Assembly: GCA_043743535.1 (NCBI GenBank)
Contig: JAYTWI010000009.1
Location: forward strand, 67,407-131,406
Reading direction: 5' to 3'
Origin: Candidatus Moraniibacteriota bacterium
Lineage (GTDB): Bacteria > Patescibacteriota > Minisyncoccia > Moranbacterales > UBA1568
Length of the DNA stretch: 64,000 nt
The notes beneath the pieces were generated by a model, which saw nothing but the letters and a program-made list of their open reading frames with translations, was not told where the DNA came from and made no database searches. Shown here in pieces: positions 17,499-29,000 of this stretch; the first letter of the stretch is position 1, and every line of letters starts with the position of its first letter. Position numbers and translations under genes: made by a program.

Positions 17499-18655
17499 TG
17501 GAAATAATGGAAGGGACATCATTGAAACAACCGGTGCCGAAAAAAGTAGCTCTCGTGCATGATTTTTTGTTTTCCTATGGCGGAGCGGAGCGGGTGCTTG
17601 AGGCATTGTGTGAAATGTATCCCGAGGCGCCTATCTACACGCTCCTCTATGACCAAGAGCGGATGGGGGAACATTTTCGTGGCCGTGATATTCGAGTGTC
17701 GTGGCTGAAACATTTGCCGCGTTTTATCCAGAAACGATATCGTTTACTTCTGCCCTTTTTCCCGGTAGCAGTGGAGAGCATCGACCTGCGGGAATTTGAT
17801 GTGGTTATTTCTTCCTCTGGAGCCTGGAGCAAAGGCATCATCACTCGGCTCAATACTACTCACATCGCCTACCTCCATTCGCCTATGCGCTACGCCTGGG
17901 ACTATCACGAGCAGTATTTGGGAGAAATCGGGGCGCGAGGAAAAGTGCGGATTTTTTCGCGTATGCTTCTCTCTTACCTCCGCATCTGGGATCGTCAGGC
18001 GGCGCTTCGGCCGGATGTATTGTTGGCCAATTCACGCTATACGGCGGCACGTATCAAAAAGTACTACCGCTCTTTGGCAGCGGTGATTTACCCCGGGGCA
18101 CTTTCTTTGTTTGAAAAAGTAGGCAATGTCTCCGCAACGCGCGAAAATAAGCGGGAATACTTTTTGGTGGTGTCGCGTCTGACCTTGTCCAAAAAGGTAG
18201 ATACGGTGGTTGCGGCTTTCAATAAATTGGGCCTGCCACTTGTGGTGGTGGGGGAAGGGAAAGAGCGGACGAGACTAGAGAAATTGGCCAAGTCCAATAT
18301 TCGTTTCACTGGCTTTGTGCTAGATGAGCAATTGGCGGCTCTCTATCGTGGTGCGCGGGCGCTTATTTTTCCGGCGGAAGAGGACTTCGGTATGGTGGCA
18401 GTGGAGGCTTTGTCTTTCGGTACCCCGGTTATTGCTTTTGATTATGGAGGTATCCGCGAGATCGTAGAGGAGGGTGTGACTGGTGAATGGTACCATGCCC
18501 AGGCAGCAGAAATAGTGGCCGAAGGGGTGCGGCGCTTTCTTGCTAAAGAAGGAACCTACGACGAGGGGGTGATGAAGCAGTCGGTAGCACGCTTTACCAA
18601 GAGTCGCTTTCAAGAAGAACTGCGAGTGGCCGTTGAGAGGGCGAGTAACAATTAA
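17498..18655 (+). CDS. GT4 glycosyltransferase
   Basis: KVALVHD...GGAERV, HSPMRYAWD, EEDFGMVAVEA. Confidence 0.92.
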   Translation: MEIMEGTSLKQPVPKKVALVHDFLFSYGGAERVLEALCEMYPEAPIYTLLYDQERMGEHFRGRDIRVSWLKHLPRFIQKRYRLLLPFFPVAVESIDLREFDVVISSSGAWSKGIITRLNTTHIAYLHSPMRYAWDYHEQYLGEIGARGKVRIFSRMLLSYLRIWDRQAALRPDVLLANSRYTAARIKKYYRSLAAVIYPGALSLFEKVGNVSATRENKREYFLVVSRLTLSKKVDTVVAAFNKLGLPLVVVGEGKERTRLEKLAKSNIRFTGFVLDEQLAALYRGARALIFPAEEDFGMVAVEALSFGTPVIAFDYGGIREIVEEGVTGEWYHAQAAEIVAEGVRRFLAKEGTYDEGVMKQSVARFTKSRFQEELRVAVERASNN

Positions 18656-18666
18656 TAACATTTTCG

Positions 18667-19572
18667 ATGCACATCATCGGCCATTTCAAAGAACGGAAAG
18701 CGCTCTCTCAGAGTCTTGACGGAAAACTATTTTCCCAGGCCTTTCTTTTTTTTGGGCCACGCAGCGTGGGGAAGAGTTTGTGTGCTTTGGAATTGGCTGC
18801 GCTCTTGGCTCTGGAGCCTGATTTCGTACCGACCACTGGTAAGCCCCATCCATTTGACGTGATGGTCATCTATCCGATGGCTGTGACCAAGAAGGGGATA
18901 ACGAAAATGAAAAAAATACCGGCCGAGGATATCCGAGCTGCTCTCAATTTTTTGGGGAGTTTCCCGGCGAGCGGCGGTTTCCGAACCGTAGTTATCGAAG
19001 ATGCGCATCGCCTTTCGGAAACGGCACAAAATGTTTTGCTCAAGACCTTGGAAGAGCCTAACCCTTCCACGGTTATTATTCTCGTGACACACGAGCTCGG
19101 TAGTATTTTGCCGACACTGTTGTCGCGCGTGAAACGGGTGCGTTTTGATTTTGTCCCGGAAGAAGCAATCCGCCGCGGGTTAGCCGAATATTTTCCGCAG
19201 TACCCGACAGGGGAGGTAGCCCCTTTCTTTTTTGCTCTTGGCCGGCCAGGAATGATTCTTTCAGCTCTCGTAGATGCCTCGCAGTTTTCGACTGAGCGCG
19301 AAAAACTTGGAACTCTTTTTCGGCTCTCGACGCTTTCGCTTTCTGAGCGTCTGAAGTTAGCAGAAAAACTTTCCACCAACGCTGACCTGACCGTACGTCT
19401 GCTCGAGTGGTGGTTGCCAGGACTCTATAATCAGGCGAAAAAAATTAAAGAAAGGCAGCTGACAGTACGTTTCTATGCTCTTTTAGAGGCAGTCGAACAG
19501 ACGATAATACTTTTGAAAACCACCCAAAGTAATACCCGTTTATTACTGGAAAAACTATTTTTGAGTCTCTAA
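18667..19572 (+). CDS. holB: DNA polymerase III subunit delta' (no Zn finger)
   Basis: AFLFFGPRSVGK, IEDAHRL...AQNVLLKTLEEP, LPTLLSR. Confidence 0.9.
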   Translation: MHIIGHFKERKALSQSLDGKLFSQAFLFFGPRSVGKSLCALELAALLALEPDFVPTTGKPHPFDVMVIYPMAVTKKGITKMKKIPAEDIRAALNFLGSFPASGGFRTVVIEDAHRLSETAQNVLLKTLEEPNPSTVIILVTHELGSILPTLLSRVKRVRFDFVPEEAIRRGLAEYFPQYPTGEVAPFFFALGRPGMILSALVDASQFSTEREKLGTLFRLSTLSLSERLKLAEKLSTNADLTVRLLEWWLPGLYNQAKKIKERQLTVRFYALLEAVEQTIILLKTTQSNTRLLLEKLFLSL

Positions 19573-19584
19573 TCAGTACGAGAG

Positions 19585-20547
19585 ATGCGATTTTTGTGGA
19601 AAACACAATTAAAAAGAGAACGTGGTAAGCTGTCTTTGAAACAAGCTCCTTCGAAGGGGAATGTCTCTCGCAAGGAGCGTTTGGCATCAGCTTATGGTAA
19701 GCCACATATGAAAGCGATCTTGTTTGGGGTGGTTTTTTTATGGAGCCTCTTCGTCGTCACACTTGGGTACATTTTCTTTTTTTCTCCTTTCCTTTTCATT
19801 ACGGCGCCGGAGGTAGTCGGTACAAGATCTATTTCCCAAGAAGCGGTGGCGCAGATGGTGACGGAGGAAATCTCGGGAAAATATTTCTCACTCATTCCTC
19901 GCAACAGCTTCTTTCTGATACGACCGGAAGAGATTGAGCATTTTTTGCAAGAGCGTTACCCGCTGATGCGTGCCGTTTCTGTTACACGAGTCTTCCCGAA
20001 TCATTTGCAAGTAGTGGTGACTGAACGTGAAAAAATCGTGGTGTGGTGTTCTTTCGCTCACTGTTTTCATATTACTGAAGACGGCAGTGTATTCCCTGTT
20101 TCCGCTGCTTTTGAAGAGCCCGAGAACCTCGGGAGGACCATTACCATCAGAGATATGAGCGAAGAGCCGATGCCAGTCACTCCACGAGTTTTTCAGAACA
20201 CATTCGTCCCGTTAGTGATTGCTGTGGAAGAAGCTTTCCGGCGGGTGCTTCATGTCGAGGTCGATGAAACGTTCACGGTCGTTTCATATTTTGCTGATGA
20301 CTTACGTGTGAAAACAAACGATGGTTTTGAAGTGTATATCAGTACCAAGCGTCCGCTCGAAGACTCGATGGCTGCCCTCTCGCTTTTGTTTGAAAAGGAA
20401 TTATCGTCGGTTGATACGAAGCGGTTGCGATATATCGACGTGCGTACCGAAAATCATATCTACTACGCATTTTTGGATGAGGTAAAACAAACGAGTGAGA
20501 CGCCAGTTGCTTCGAAAGATACGAAAGAGGTGGGGAAGAAAAAATAG
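19585..20547 (+). CDS. ftsQ: Cell division protein FtsQ/DivIB-like (TM + POTRA)
   Basis: One TM helix, FFSPFL.I, VTRVFPNHLQVVVTER, LRYIDVR. Confidence 0.75.
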   Translation: MRFLWKTQLKRERGKLSLKQAPSKGNVSRKERLASAYGKPHMKAILFGVVFLWSLFVVTLGYIFFFSPFLFITAPEVVGTRSISQEAVAQMVTEEISGKYFSLIPRNSFFLIRPEEIEHFLQERYPLMRAVSVTRVFPNHLQVVVTEREKIVVWCSFAHCFHITEDGSVFPVSAAFEEPENLGRTITIRDMSEEPMPVTPRVFQNTFVPLVIAVEEAFRRVLHVEVDETFTVVSYFADDLRVKTNDGFEVYISTKRPLEDSMAALSLLFEKELSSVDTKRLRYIDVRTENHIYYAFLDEVKQTSETPVASKDTKEVGKKK

Positions 20548-20555
20548 AGAGAATT

Positions 20556-22442
20556 CTACTGTGGCGGGAAGTAGTAGATGAAGAAATTATCACCGGCCCT
20601 GGCGATGGGTGTTTTGTCTTTGAGCCAGCTATAGTCTTTTTCTCCCGGCAACTTCTTTTTGTAGAGATTTTCCTGATAAAAGAAGGTCGTGATAGCGTAC
20701 CAGCCTGGTTCTGGATCACGACTGGCGTACCAGGGGATATATTTGCCCTCCAGGTAGTAGCTCGGGTTGCCGCCACCAAAATAGTCGACACGGATTTTGT
20801 CGATAGGTGGGTAAGAGAGGAGTGCCGTGTCGCAGCCAGGGAGAAATGATTTTCCTGCCACGCAATCATTATGCTTAGCGACGAAGTTTTTCAAATGGAT
20901 TAAATCTTGCCCCCAGTCATAATTGGAATCTGTGACGTACTTGTAACCATTGAGATGGCCGCCGGTGATGGCATTGAAGTAGGAAAGGTAGCTCGGGTAA
21001 CTCCAGATCGGGATGGCGACGATAATGAATGTGAGTAGACAAAAGAGGATAGTGAGTATTTTCTTGGTTCCAGGTTCATCTTGGGCGCGTTTGTAGAAAT
21101 CAAAGAGTGCTTTGGCGACCAGCATATAGAAGAAGGGCATAATAGGGAAGAGATGACGGAGGCCGATATTGAGATTGCCAGTGATGCTGATGTAGCCGTA
21201 GAAGAGGATGAAAAACATTGCAAGATACTGAGCCACGCGGTGCTGAAAGGAATGACAGAGCGTTTTTACCAGGCCATGCTTGGCTTTTTCTTCAATCAGC
21301 GATTTACCGATGCGGTAGAGTCCATAGCATGAGGTGAAGAGCAAAAGGAAGAGAAATGGCAAGGTCTCTTTGAGAACAAATACCACGGGGAAGTACCAGA
21401 GTGAGGCGGCTTCTGTGACTTGGCCTAGGAAGTAGTGGGTGTTGCCGCCAACCACGCGGGAAAAAACCATGAAGAAACCAAGAAAGTATTCACTCAGCGG
21501 CTTGAGGAGAGCATGTTCGCTGGAGTAAACAACTATGGCGTGAGCAAGATGAGCAAATTGATTTTTTTGAGCCAGGAGATGATCGGCCAGGATGGCAATT
21601 TTCTCACCCGGCATATTTATGGTATTTATGGCATAGACGATCCAAATGACCATGAAACAAACTACGACGCTTGCGGCGAATTTGAGGAGGTATTGGAAAA
21701 GCAATCGGGTTTTGAAAAGTGCTCTGCTTCTGGTATCGGCGGGATTCTGCTCCCTCGTCAAGGCATAGAGAATGACGAAAAGCCCGAAGACGGGGAAGAG
21801 GAGGACAGCGGAAAATTTCGCCAGTTCGGCAAGACCGAGAAAAAGGCCGGAGAGAAAAATGTTGCGCCCGTTCGGGTGTTTCAAGAAACGAATGAAAAAG
21901 TAAAATGCAAAAAAGATGAAAGCGGCGATGCCGATATCAGTAGTGACATAATGATTGTGGGCGATAATGTTGGGGTCGAAGGCATAGAGGGCGACAGCAA
22001 ATACGCCAGCCAGTGTCCCTCCGAGTTCTTTGGTCCAGACAAAAATCGCGATTCCAAGGAGGACGGCTATGATGATGATGGGGATGCGGGAGAAAAACAA
22101 AACGGTAGCAGTGTCGTTACAGGCTGCTTCGGGGCGTGAACAGTTGACGAACATATCGCCAACAACCCACTGCTCGTTAATCCCAGTTTGCCATTCTGCG
22201 GATGCGAGGGGGAACTGTAGTCCGAGAGGTAGCAACATGAGTCCAGCCAGGTCTTTGAGGAGCGGTGGGTGTTCGGGGTTGAGACGCATATCACCATAGC
22301 GGACGTAGCTGTAACCGGCTGGGATGTGAGCCTTTTCATCAAAAATCATCGATTCTTGGCTAGAGACCAAGAGTGAGAGGGCGAAGTGAAAGAAGAGGAT
22401 GCCTGCTACCACCATGACCGCGTGCTTTTTGACGAATTCCAT
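20556..22442 (-). CDS. GT-C fold (GT39/ArnT/PMT-like) membrane glycosyltransferase
   Basis: DEKAHIPAGYSY, NPEHPPLLK, HYVTTD, AKFS, DSNYDWGQD; many TM helices. Confidence 0.85.
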   Translation of the reverse strand: MEFVKKHAVMVVAGILFFHFALSLLVSSQESMIFDEKAHIPAGYSYVRYGDMRLNPEHPPLLKDLAGLMLLPLGLQFPLASAEWQTGINEQWVVGDMFVNCSRPEAACNDTATVLFFSRIPIIIIAVLLGIAIFVWTKELGGTLAGVFAVALYAFDPNIIAHNHYVTTDIGIAAFIFFAFYFFIRFLKHPNGRNIFLSGLFLGLAELAKFSAVLLFPVFGLFVILYALTREQNPADTRSRALFKTRLLFQYLLKFAASVVVCFMVIWIVYAINTINMPGEKIAILADHLLAQKNQFAHLAHAIVVYSSEHALLKPLSEYFLGFFMVFSRVVGGNTHYFLGQVTEAASLWYFPVVFVLKETLPFLFLLLFTSCYGLYRIGKSLIEEKAKHGLVKTLCHSFQHRVAQYLAMFFILFYGYISITGNLNIGLRHLFPIMPFFYMLVAKALFDFYKRAQDEPGTKKILTILFCLLTFIIVAIPIWSYPSYLSYFNAITGGHLNGYKYVTDSNYDWGQDLIHLKNFVAKHNDCVAGKSFLPGCDTALLSYPPIDKIRVDYFGGGNPSYYLEGKYIPWYASRDPEPGWYAITTFFYQENLYKKKLPGEKDYSWLKDKTPIARAGDNFFIYYFPPQ

Positions 22443-22471
22443 AAGGCGTATGTTTTATTTAGATAGCCGGA

Positions 22472-24088
22472 TTATTTTTTCTCATCTGGAATAACAATGA
22501 CATCAAAATCGCCGCCCTCACGCGAAGGACCATTCCAATCGATATGCTGTTTGTAGGCGTTGGGGTAGCGTTCGAACATTTTCTGGGCGATAGTGTCGTT
22601 GTAATTGATCATGAGAAAGATACTGGGGTGGTGAATGATTGTATCTGGGGAGATGATTTCCATATTGGCTACGCGTTGATAGGTCAGATAGTAAAACGGA
22701 TGAGCATAGACGGGCAGTTTGTTGAAGTCGTTTTTGCCATCTTCGTTGATCATGATGTATTTCTGAGTGCTCTCTGGCAGGGCGAGCAAATAACGTGCCA
22801 TATTGGTGTAGTTCTCATTGAAGGCAGTAGCAGCATGGACGTTTTGACTGAAAAACACAAAATATTTTGTCAGATTAAAAACGGCGCTGAACGAGAGGCT
22901 GATGACCAAGAGTGAGACAAGAGCCAGTTTCATTCCAGGTTGTGAACGGAGGGCTTTTTGGGCGAACCAAAAGGCGGCCATAGTGGCCATGAGGAAGACT
23001 GGCATTTGCGTGCCGATGGAACGGAGGGCATGCGGCAATCCCTCGTTGGTCAGAAACTCCGGTAACAGCATGACAAAGAAGGATCCAAGGAGGAAAAAAT
23101 TTCTGACCAGACGCAGGTCACGGTCTTTATCACGGAGACGTTTTCCGATCAGGGTGACGGTCTGCCAGATGAGATAGAGAAACCCAGCCAGGAAGAAGGT
23201 GCCGACTACCGGGTCGAGGACCGGATAGGGTGGGTAGTTGTGGCGCCAGTTTTGATCACCCCAGAAATTATATTTGAGAAGTGAGAGAGCAAAAGTCTTG
23301 CCGATGGTACCCCAGAGATTGCCACCGTTAGCCAGTGGAGAAAATACGGAAATCTGTGAAGAACGTGACTCGAAGTCCTCGGGATGGGAAATAAAAAAGT
23401 TATAGAACATGGGGGCAGCGGAAATAAAGGCCCCGAAGATGAAAATGAGCGTGTGTTTCCAAAAGCGGCGGAGGAAGTTTTCGTAAGAAAAAATGAGCGC
23501 CGGAAACAATACGACGAGAATAAGCGGGGCTACCCGGAAAGCGATATAGGTGTGGAGCCCCAAACCGAAAATGATGCCAGAGAGGAAGAAATCGCGGATG
23601 CGCTGCGTCCGAAAGCCACGGAAAAAGAAGTAGAAAGAAAAAGTGAGAATGAAGGTAGTCATGATAGCCCGGAAGCCGATACGGGAAAAATTGATCGCCC
23701 AGTAGGAAGTGGCCAGCATAAAGGAAGCGATCAGACCGGCTCCGCTTCGGTGGAAGAGTTCTTTGGCCAGAAGGTACATCCCCAAGACAGACAATGTGCC
23801 GAAAAGCACCGAAGCGATGAGTAGCCCCGTGATGGTATTGCCAATAAGGGCAATAAAAAGTGCTTGGATATTGATAAACAAACCTTCACGGCCGTAGTTG
23901 GCTGGGTAGAAGAGTTTGAAATTCCCGCTGGCGAGAGCATTTAAGGCATCGACGCCATTGGCCGCTTCGTCAGGGTAGATGCCGGCTGGGATACTTTCGA
24001 TATGATAGAAACGGACGAAGAAGGCAAAGAGGATAATAAGAGCGAGAGAGGTTCCGACGATGAGGGAAAGTTTTTTGTGTGGGGTCAT
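22472..24088 (-). CDS. GT-C fold (GT39/PMT-like) membrane glycosyltransferase
   Basis: RFYHIESIPAGIYPDEA, NYGREGLF, NFSRIGFRA, PHALR; many TM helices; start placed at MTPHKK. Confidence 0.85.
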   Translation of the reverse strand: MTPHKKLSLIVGTSLALIILFAFFVRFYHIESIPAGIYPDEAANGVDALNALASGNFKLFYPANYGREGLFINIQALFIALIGNTITGLLIASVLFGTLSVLGMYLLAKELFHRSGAGLIASFMLATSYWAINFSRIGFRAIMTTFILTFSFYFFFRGFRTQRIRDFFLSGIIFGLGLHTYIAFRVAPLILVVLFPALIFSYENFLRRFWKHTLIFIFGAFISAAPMFYNFFISHPEDFESRSSQISVFSPLANGGNLWGTIGKTFALSLLKYNFWGDQNWRHNYPPYPVLDPVVGTFFLAGFLYLIWQTVTLIGKRLRDKDRDLRLVRNFFLLGSFFVMLLPEFLTNEGLPHALRSIGTQMPVFLMATMAAFWFAQKALRSQPGMKLALVSLLVISLSFSAVFNLTKYFVFFSQNVHAATAFNENYTNMARYLLALPESTQKYIMINEDGKNDFNKLPVYAHPFYYLTYQRVANMEIISPDTIIHHPSIFLMINYNDTIAQKMFERYPNAYKQHIDWNGPSREGGDFDVIVIPDEKK

Positions 24089-24191
24089 AGAGCGGGTCAC
24101 TGATGCTTCGATAGGCGACAGCAGAGATTTAATTTTTTTGTTTGTTATGGTATAATTATAACAAAGTTGCCACAAAAATGAAAATACGCTG

Positions 24192-26057
24192 ATGCCATTT
24201 AATTTTCAAGGCGGGGTAGATCGAGTCAGGAAACTTTTTTCGGGGGGTGAACAAGCTCACGATCTTCCTTTGATTTCTCTAGAAGAGTATCGAACAAAGT
24301 ATGCCGAGTACTTTTCCCCCGGTAAGTGCTGGATGAGTAGGGATAATAAGGTGAGAATAGAGACGTCGGTACCATGGATGATTAATCATACGCGCCTCGA
24401 TGAGGAAGATGAAAAGGGAGAGCCTAATCTTGCAAAAAGGGAGCTGTTTGCGAGTGAGGATGAATTATGGGCACTGCTCTACGACGGTGGGTACGAACCA
24501 ATCGGTATTTCTATTGCGAAAAATCCTGAGAAAGCGTCTGAGAGTGATAAAGGTGCGGATGGTGAAGCGACTACACCAGAGAGCGGCACCGAAACGCCGG
24601 CGGCCAATGTTGATAGCGTGACAGTCGAGGGGCATCCGGATTCGGGCGAAGATGCTATGCACATTATCGTCGAGGCTGCGAAAATACGAGCTGAAATCGA
24701 AACCTTGTTGAGCCAGGCACGTGAGTTGGTGGTTGCTGATGAACCTAACCCTTTACAGGAACTGCTTGTTCAAATTGATAGCGAAACAACCGAAGCATCA
24801 AAAGAAATCGATCGTTTGTTTACTACTCCTGCTCCAGACAATGTTGAAAAACTCACGGCACTGCTCGAAGAATTACGCCGTAGGCGTGATGGGGCAGAGC
24901 GGGCGCTTCATGCGCTACAGACACTCTCTTCCGATTCTGGAGCAGTAGTCGCGAGCGAAAAGACCCCAGCTGAATCAGGGGGTGGAGATTTTGGCGAGAG
25001 CAGAGGTAGTGAGAAAAAAACTTCCAAAAGAAAAAAAGGGAAGGGTAGTGGCCCTGATGATGGTGGCGAGGTGCCACTGGTTGTTGGGAGTTCACTGAAT
25101 GACGCTTCACTAAGGGTTTTAAGTAGCCTTAAAAGAATGACATCACCAGCCCCCATAGAGCAAACTCTGCTACCAGTGGAGTCTATAGCGGACGAAGGTG
25201 TAAAGAAGGCCACGGAACAAATTTTTTCGGAAGCGCTTGCTAGCGATCGTGCGACCGTATCTACGATAATTGAAGCTATCACGACTCCGGAAGAGTATGC
25301 GGAGTTCCTCCGTACGCTGGAGAAAACTCATTCCAAAGATGGCGATCGTGATATATATCATATCCTCAACTTTGATAACTATGAAGTCGCTTTCCGGCGG
25401 AGTCTTGCACAGGAAGAGCGTTCGGCAGTGATGGCATTGGAGGGGGAGCTTAAAAAACAGCTGTATGATAAGTTTGAAGTTCTTTTCGCGTCGTTTCGTC
25501 AGGAGTTACAAACGTATTATAATAAAGAAAAGGCGAAGATTGACAGCGTGGTAGAGGAAATAGCACTTGATGCTCTCGTTTCATCGTTTACTGATGGCCC
25601 AGAGTCTTTGCAGCGATGGAAAAAGTGTGCGCCCGACATGACCGCAGTCGAACAGTCAAGAGTGATGGAAGAAGCATCTCGACTCTTGGGCGCACTCAAC
25701 CACGACTTGGAAGCACGGAGGGGAGATCTCGCTCGGAGCAAAGAATGGGATGCTTTTCTGGCGCTTCCGAAAGGCGAGCAAATGATAAATTTGTACAAGC
25801 AGACGGTGAAAAGAGTCTGGCAGAGTTTTTTCGATGGGCTTAAAGACGAGGGGCTCATTGATGTTATGACATGGTCAGAAAAGATAAAAGAGTGGGAGAC
25901 TCACTATCTGCCTATGGTGAGGAAACAGATTGTTGGTAGTATTCTTGGTCAATCAGAGGTGACTAGAGAACAAGGGGAAATTATTTTTGAAGAGCTGCTG
26001 CGAGTACTTGACCGAGAACGTGAAGAAAAAAGAGCTAGAAGGGAAAGACCTGTATGA
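24192..26057 (+). CDS. Hypothetical acidic, largely helical protein (621 aa)
   Basis: Long ORF overlapping the next start (ATGA); no recognisable enzyme motif. Confidence 0.8.
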   Translation: MPFNFQGGVDRVRKLFSGGEQAHDLPLISLEEYRTKYAEYFSPGKCWMSRDNKVRIETSVPWMINHTRLDEEDEKGEPNLAKRELFASEDELWALLYDGGYEPIGISIAKNPEKASESDKGADGEATTPESGTETPAANVDSVTVEGHPDSGEDAMHIIVEAAKIRAEIETLLSQARELVVADEPNPLQELLVQIDSETTEASKEIDRLFTTPAPDNVEKLTALLEELRRRRDGAERALHALQTLSSDSGAVVASEKTPAESGGGDFGESRGSEKKTSKRKKGKGSGPDDGGEVPLVVGSSLNDASLRVLSSLKRMTSPAPIEQTLLPVESIADEGVKKATEQIFSEALASDRATVSTIIEAITTPEEYAEFLRTLEKTHSKDGDRDIYHILNFDNYEVAFRRSLAQEERSAVMALEGELKKQLYDKFEVLFASFRQELQTYYNKEKAKIDSVVEEIALDALVSSFTDGPESLQRWKKCAPDMTAVEQSRVMEEASRLLGALNHDLEARRGDLARSKEWDAFLALPKGEQMINLYKQTVKRVWQSFFDGLKDEGLIDVMTWSEKIKEWETHYLPMVRKQIVGSILGQSEVTREQGEIIFEELLRVLDREREEKRARRERPV

Positions 26058-29000
26058 AGAATCACACATTCGAAGGACACGGAGAACAAAATAAAACACC
26101 CGAGCCTATGAGCGAGCGAGCAGCCAAACTGGCAGCGTTAAGAGAGAGGCTATCGCCAATTATTGCGGACGGAATGGCTGTTGATTTAGAAGTGTTCGAT
26201 CAAAAACCGACGGCAGAGGGAGGTTCAGAATCAGGAGCGGTGGAATCGCAAGTGGTGGAACCGGCTGCTACTTCCGCGGTACCTGAGCCAGCTTCATCGC
26301 CAGACCAGGTACTAAAACCACGACGAAGAGCGAAAGCAAGAGTGGAAAAGGGCAAGAAACCAAGAAATCCTTCTGCTTCGACGGCTTCACCAGGAACTTC
26401 GAATGTTCTTGTTTCTGCTACCGTGGAACAGCCCGCATCGTTCAAGGAATCTGCCCCCGAACTTTTGCCCGAAGGTGGTCAGTTGAAATTTACGGATGAA
26501 CGTGGGGTGGACGTGATAGTGGAAAAGCAAGGTGGCTTGTATGGGGTGGATGATAGCAAAGATTTCACCGGATTTATTTATAATGAGGATCAAATAAGGA
26601 CGTTGATCAAAGGATGGACACCGTTAGGAGAAAGTGTCTTGGAGTTAGCTCAAGAAACTGAAAGACAAGAGCAGGAAAAACTGTATGGAGAGGTTGAGAG
26701 GTTGCTTATCCAACAGCAAGAGCAATGGCTGGTAAGAATAGAACAAATTACGAATACTGAAGAGTATAACGCTTTGGTAGATGAAGCAGTGGAAATCGGT
26801 AGGCAATACAAACCGGACCATCCAGGAATAATGAGTTTCCTACTCGGGGAGCCCTTTGAGAGGTTGTTGGCACAGTATCCGCAAGTGAGTACTCAGACAA
26901 AAGAAAAATTGTATTCGCAGGCCCACGACCTACAAGGGAAGATAAATAAAGCTTCCCGAAAAAAAGCCAGTGATTTGCTGATTATGCGAACGGAAGCACC
27001 AACAGCTCATTCAGGCGCTAGCACTTCTGCTCATGACGCATTTCCGCTGGTGAAAACATCGGATCATGGTCATGGTGTATCGCAGAATGAAATTGGAGAA
27101 GTTACGAGCGGTGAGGCAAGAGGAGAAAGACTGGAAAGGTATAGGGCGCAGATAGCGGCCGGCGACTTTGAGGAGGCAGTGATTATCAATCGGGACACTC
27201 CATCAGTAGCCGGGATTGTCAGTCCAGAGGCCGCAGCGGATGCCGGCATTGATTCAAGTGAGCCCTTTGAGACTGATTTTGTCCCGTTTGCAGATGGGGA
27301 GAGAGTGAGCTATCTCACTCTTGACGAGGAAGAAGGAAGCGTGGAAAAAAGAAATGGGAAGTATTTTATCAAGACGGGGGATACTATGCTTGATGCTAAT
27401 GATCCAGGTCTGAGTGAAGTAGGAATGCTGGCAGAAGCTCAAAAAAATAAATGGCGTTTCCAGCGTGAGCTTAACGGAGGAGCGCCTGGCGCCGTCGAGC
27501 TACCAGTATTCAATGACGTCATTAGGAACGCATCGATTGGAGGCGAGAGTAATCCGGCTACTGCGTCCCCTGATGCTGCTCGCGCGGGAGAAAGAAGAGA
27601 ACAGGATTACGACACGGTACGCGAAGGCGATGTGTGGGTGCTACGCGATGCTTCCGGCCAAGAATTACGACGGGTAACAGTGAATCAATTTATTAAATAT
27701 AGTGGAACAGCACTACAGGTCAATTTTTCTGACAGCACAAAGCAACTTCCCCCGGTAGAGGATGACTTCGGATACCTTGATGTGGATTTGACCCGCGTTG
27801 ATACGGAAATGGTTTTGGATAGGTTTCTTCAGATGCTGCGTGCTGATGGCTTTGTGTTGGAAAGTGCTGGTACGGGAGCAGGAACAACTGAAGTGGCGCC
27901 GATTATGGGTGAGCGACGAGGGATGGATGCTCCAGATGGCCGAAGGGCTGAAGTACCGGTTGAAAATCCCGACGTGGCAGTGAAGATTGAGGAAGAACAT
28001 ACTGTGCCTACTACACTCGAGGAGAAAATTGCCCAGTTGCGGCAAGAAAAAGATGAGTTTCGTTATAAATTTGCAGAAAGTGATTTCAAAAATAGCACCA
28101 TCTTGGGGAAATTAGGCTCCATCTTTCGTGAATTGGACAAGAATAAGAAAGATTATGATACGGACACATGGAAAAGGTATTATCTGGGGGCACTAGAGCA
28201 ACTGAAGGATGCTGAGCTGGAACAAATAAAAAAATCGGGGCTCACTGGAGAGATCTTGAATGATGCTTTGGCTGGGATGCTTGAGTATTACAAGATCAAC
28301 GAACCATTGGGATTGATCAAGGCTCGTACCCGCGTACGCTTGGAAACAAAAATAGCAGACAAAGAATGGCCAGAACAGATAATGGATCGGATGGAAAATA
28401 TTGGACGGGAGTACAACAAGCTCAATTGGAAGACAAAAGTTCTCATTGGGGGAGTATTTATTGGCGGCGCGTTCACTTTGGGGTCTACTGGGGCGGCGGG
28501 GGCAGCCATTGGCGGCGGGGCACTTTTCCTTCGGAAAATAGTGACCAGCATTGGAGGGGGTCTTTCTTTGGATGCCACACTCGAAAAAGTAGAAGACTGG
28601 TTTGAGAAAAAGAGCGATACGGATAACAAAGAAATTAAAAAGCAAATGGCAAGAATGGATGATATTGACGACTGGGATAAATTCGAAGGAGTTAATGTTT
28701 TACTTGATCAGGAGATTGCTTCACTTGATGGAAAGTTACAGAAACATAAATCTCATGCCACCAAACGGAAACTCATTGCTTTCGGAACGAGTATCGGATT
28801 TTCATTCGGGAGTTATGCTTTCGGCCATGGCGCCCCGAGTGCTGGTGGAGGAGCGGCGCGTACAACGGTAGCGGCAGCGGCAGCGGAGGCGAAGCGAGCC
28901 GCCATACCATCTGGTGCCGCGGCTTCTGGAGTAGCCCGCTCTATTGAGCAAGCGGCTTCGGCTCCCAGTGGGGCAGCCTCGGCTGGGGTGGGGCAGGCAC

